From Chrysemys picta bellii (taxonomy: Eukaryota), in NCBI RefSeq assembly GCF_011386835.1, contig NC_088801.1:36270001-36334000 (forward strand): DNA of 64,000 nucleotides, in the 5' to 3' direction. The notes beneath the pieces were generated by a model, which saw only the letters and a list, made by a program, of their open reading frames with translations, was not told where the DNA came from and ran no database searches. Made by a program: the position numbers and the translations under genes. How positions within the stretch are numbered: the stretch's first letter is position 1; every line of letters starts with the position of its first letter. Below, one piece after another: positions 61,834-64,000 of the stretch.

Positions 61834-64000
61834 ACTGACACAAGGAAGAAAGGAGAGCAGCAGAATATGGACCCTGGACTTCAGAAAAGCAGACTTTGAC
61901 TCCCTCAGGGAACAGATGGGCAGGATCCCCTGGGAGAATAACATGAAGGGCAAAGGGGTCCAGGAGAGCTGGCTGTATTTTAAAGAATCCTTATTGAGGT
62001 TGCAGGAACAAACCATCCCGATGTGTAGAAAGAATAGTAAATATGGCAGGCGACCAGCTTGGCTAAACAGTGAAATCCTTGCTGATCTTAAACGCAAAAA
62101 AGAGGCTTATAAGAAGTGGAAGATTGGACAAATGACCAGGGAGGAGTATAAAAATATTGCTCAGGCGTGCAGGAGTGAAATCAGGAAGGCCAAATCACAC
62201 TTGGAGTTGCAGTTAGCAAGAGATGTTAAGAGTAACAAGAAGGGTTTCTTCAGGTATGTTAGCAACAAGAAGAAAATCAAGGAAAGTGTGAGCCCCTTAC
62301 TGAATGAGGGAGGCAACCTAGTGACCGAGGATGTGGAAAAAGCTAATGTACTCAATGATTTTTTTGCCTCTGTCTTCACGCACAAGGTCAGCTCCCAGAT
62401 TGCTGCACTGGGCAGTACAGCATGGGGAGAAGGTGACCAGCCCTCTGTGGAGAAAGAAGTGGTTCGGGACTATTTAGAAAAACTGGACGTGCACAAGTCC
62501 ATGGGGCCGGATGCGCTGCATCCGAGGGTGCTAAAGGAGTTGGCGGGTGAGATTGCAGAGCCATTAGCCATTATTTTTGAAAACTCATGGCGATCGGGGG
62601 AGGTCCCAGATGACTGGAAAAAGGCTAATGTAGTGCCCATCTTTAAAAAAGGGAAGAAGGAGGATCCGGGGAACTACAGGCCAGTCAGCCTCACCTCAGT
62701 CCCTGGAAAAATTATGGAGCAGGTCCTCAAGGAATCAATTATGAAGCATTTAGAGGAAAGGAAAGTGATCAGGAACAGTCAGCATGGATTCACGAAGGGG
62801 AAGTCGTGCCTGACTAACCTAATTGCCTTCTATGATGAGATAACTGGCTCTGTGGATGAGGGGAAAGCAGTGGATGTGTTATTTCTTGACTTTAGCAAAG
62901 CTTTTGATACTGTCTCCCACAGTATTCTTGCCACCAAGTTAAAGAAGTATGGGCTGGATGAATGGACTGTAAGGTGGATAGAAAGCTGGCTAGATCGTCG
63001 GGCTCAACGGGTAGTGATCAATGGCTCCATGTCTAGTTGGCAGCCGGTTTCAAGTGGAGTGCCCCAAGGGTCGGTCCTGGGGCCGGTTTTGTTTAATATC
63101 TTTATTAATGATCTGGAGGATGGTGTGGACTGCACTCTCAGCAAGTTTGCAGATGACACTAAACTAGGAGGCGTGGTAGATACACTAGAGGGTAGGGATC
63201 GGATACAGAGGGACCTAGACAAATTAGAGGATTGGGCAGAAAAAAACCTGATGAGGTTCAACAAGGACAAGTGCAGAGTCCTGCACTTAGGACGGAAGAA
63301 TCCCATGCACTGCTACAGACTAGGGACCGAATGGCTAGGTAGCAGTTCTGCTGAAAAGGACCTGGGGTCACAGTGGACGAGAAGCTGGATATGAGTCAAC
63401 AGTGTGCTCTTGTTGCAAAGAAGGCTAACGGCATTTTGGGCTGTATAAGTAGGGGCATTGCCAGCAGATCGAGGAACGTGATCGTTCCCCTTTATTCGAC
63501 ATTGGTGAGGCCTCATCTGGAATACTGTGTCCAGTTTTGGGCCCCACACTACAAGAAGGATGTGGAAAAATTGGAAAGAGTCCAGCGGAGGGCAACAAAA
63601 ATGATTAGGGGTCTGGAGCACATGACTTATGAGGAGAGGCTGAGAGAACTGGGATTGTTTAGTCTCCAGAAGAGAAGAATGAGGGGGGATTTGATAGCAG
63701 CCTTCAACTACCTGAAGGGGGGTTCCAAAGAGGATGGAGCTCGGCTGTTCTCAGTGGTGGCAGATGACAGAACAAGGAGCAATGGTCTCAAGTTGCGGTG
63801 GGGGAGGTCCAGGTTGGATATTAGGAAAAACTATTTCACTAGGAGGGTGGTGAAACACTGGAATGCGTTACCTAGGGAGGTGGTGGAGTCTCCTTCCTTG
63901 GAGGTTTTTAAGGCCCGGCTTGACAAAGCCCTGGCTGGGATGATTTAGCTGGGAATTGGTCCTGCTTTGAGCAGGGGGTTGGACTAGATGACCTCTTGAG
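61834..64000 (+). mobile_element. Young 5'-truncated CR1 LINE (PsCR1-like); ORF2 open except one frameshift; 3' end runs off the window
   Basis: Continuous ORF2 from [11 protein letters not shown] through [22 protein letters not shown] and [10 protein letters not shown] to ~63365. A 1-nt loss near 63362-63368 shifts the frame; the C-terminus YCVQFWAPH...LDKALAGMI ends at 63948, followed by the 3' UTR. Confidence 0.98.

Noticed and set aside
1-64000. CRISPR arrays, rRNA/tRNA genes, intact tRNA-derived SINEs, or a non-repeat CpG-island promoter
   Set aside because: None seen. Every CpG-rich block maps to a transposon, so the true first exon may lie beyond 64000 or lack a CpG island.

Overview
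Vertebrate genomic DNA, most likely a turtle (inferred from the CR1 and MITE families present). The only host gene supported by the sequence is a voltage-gated sodium channel alpha subunit of the SCN1A/2A/3A/9A clade on the minus strand. Its ATG-bearing exon is 9874-9550 (CDS from 9822). The next exon is 1252-1134 (119 bp) and is followed by a minor-spliceosome AT-AC donor; the gene continues off the left edge. The remaining ~54 kb is 5' intron or upstream sequence packed with transposons: CR1 LINEs (two young), L2/MIR relics, two decayed Ty3/Gypsy copies, LTR-like elements, and many hAT, Tc1/pogo and PIF/Harbinger-type non-autonomous elements with readable TIRs and TSDs, several nested. I found no convincing new protein-coding system; almost all other ORFs are GC-rich repeat or antisense noise. 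The best leads are an overlapping ORF from an ATG at -8, the mixed paralog identity of the channel, a hAT element carrying a 148-bp internal inverted repeat, a 112-nt orphan hairpin, and a multi-layer nested insertion stack. All comparisons to known sequences are from memory and by eye, not database searches.
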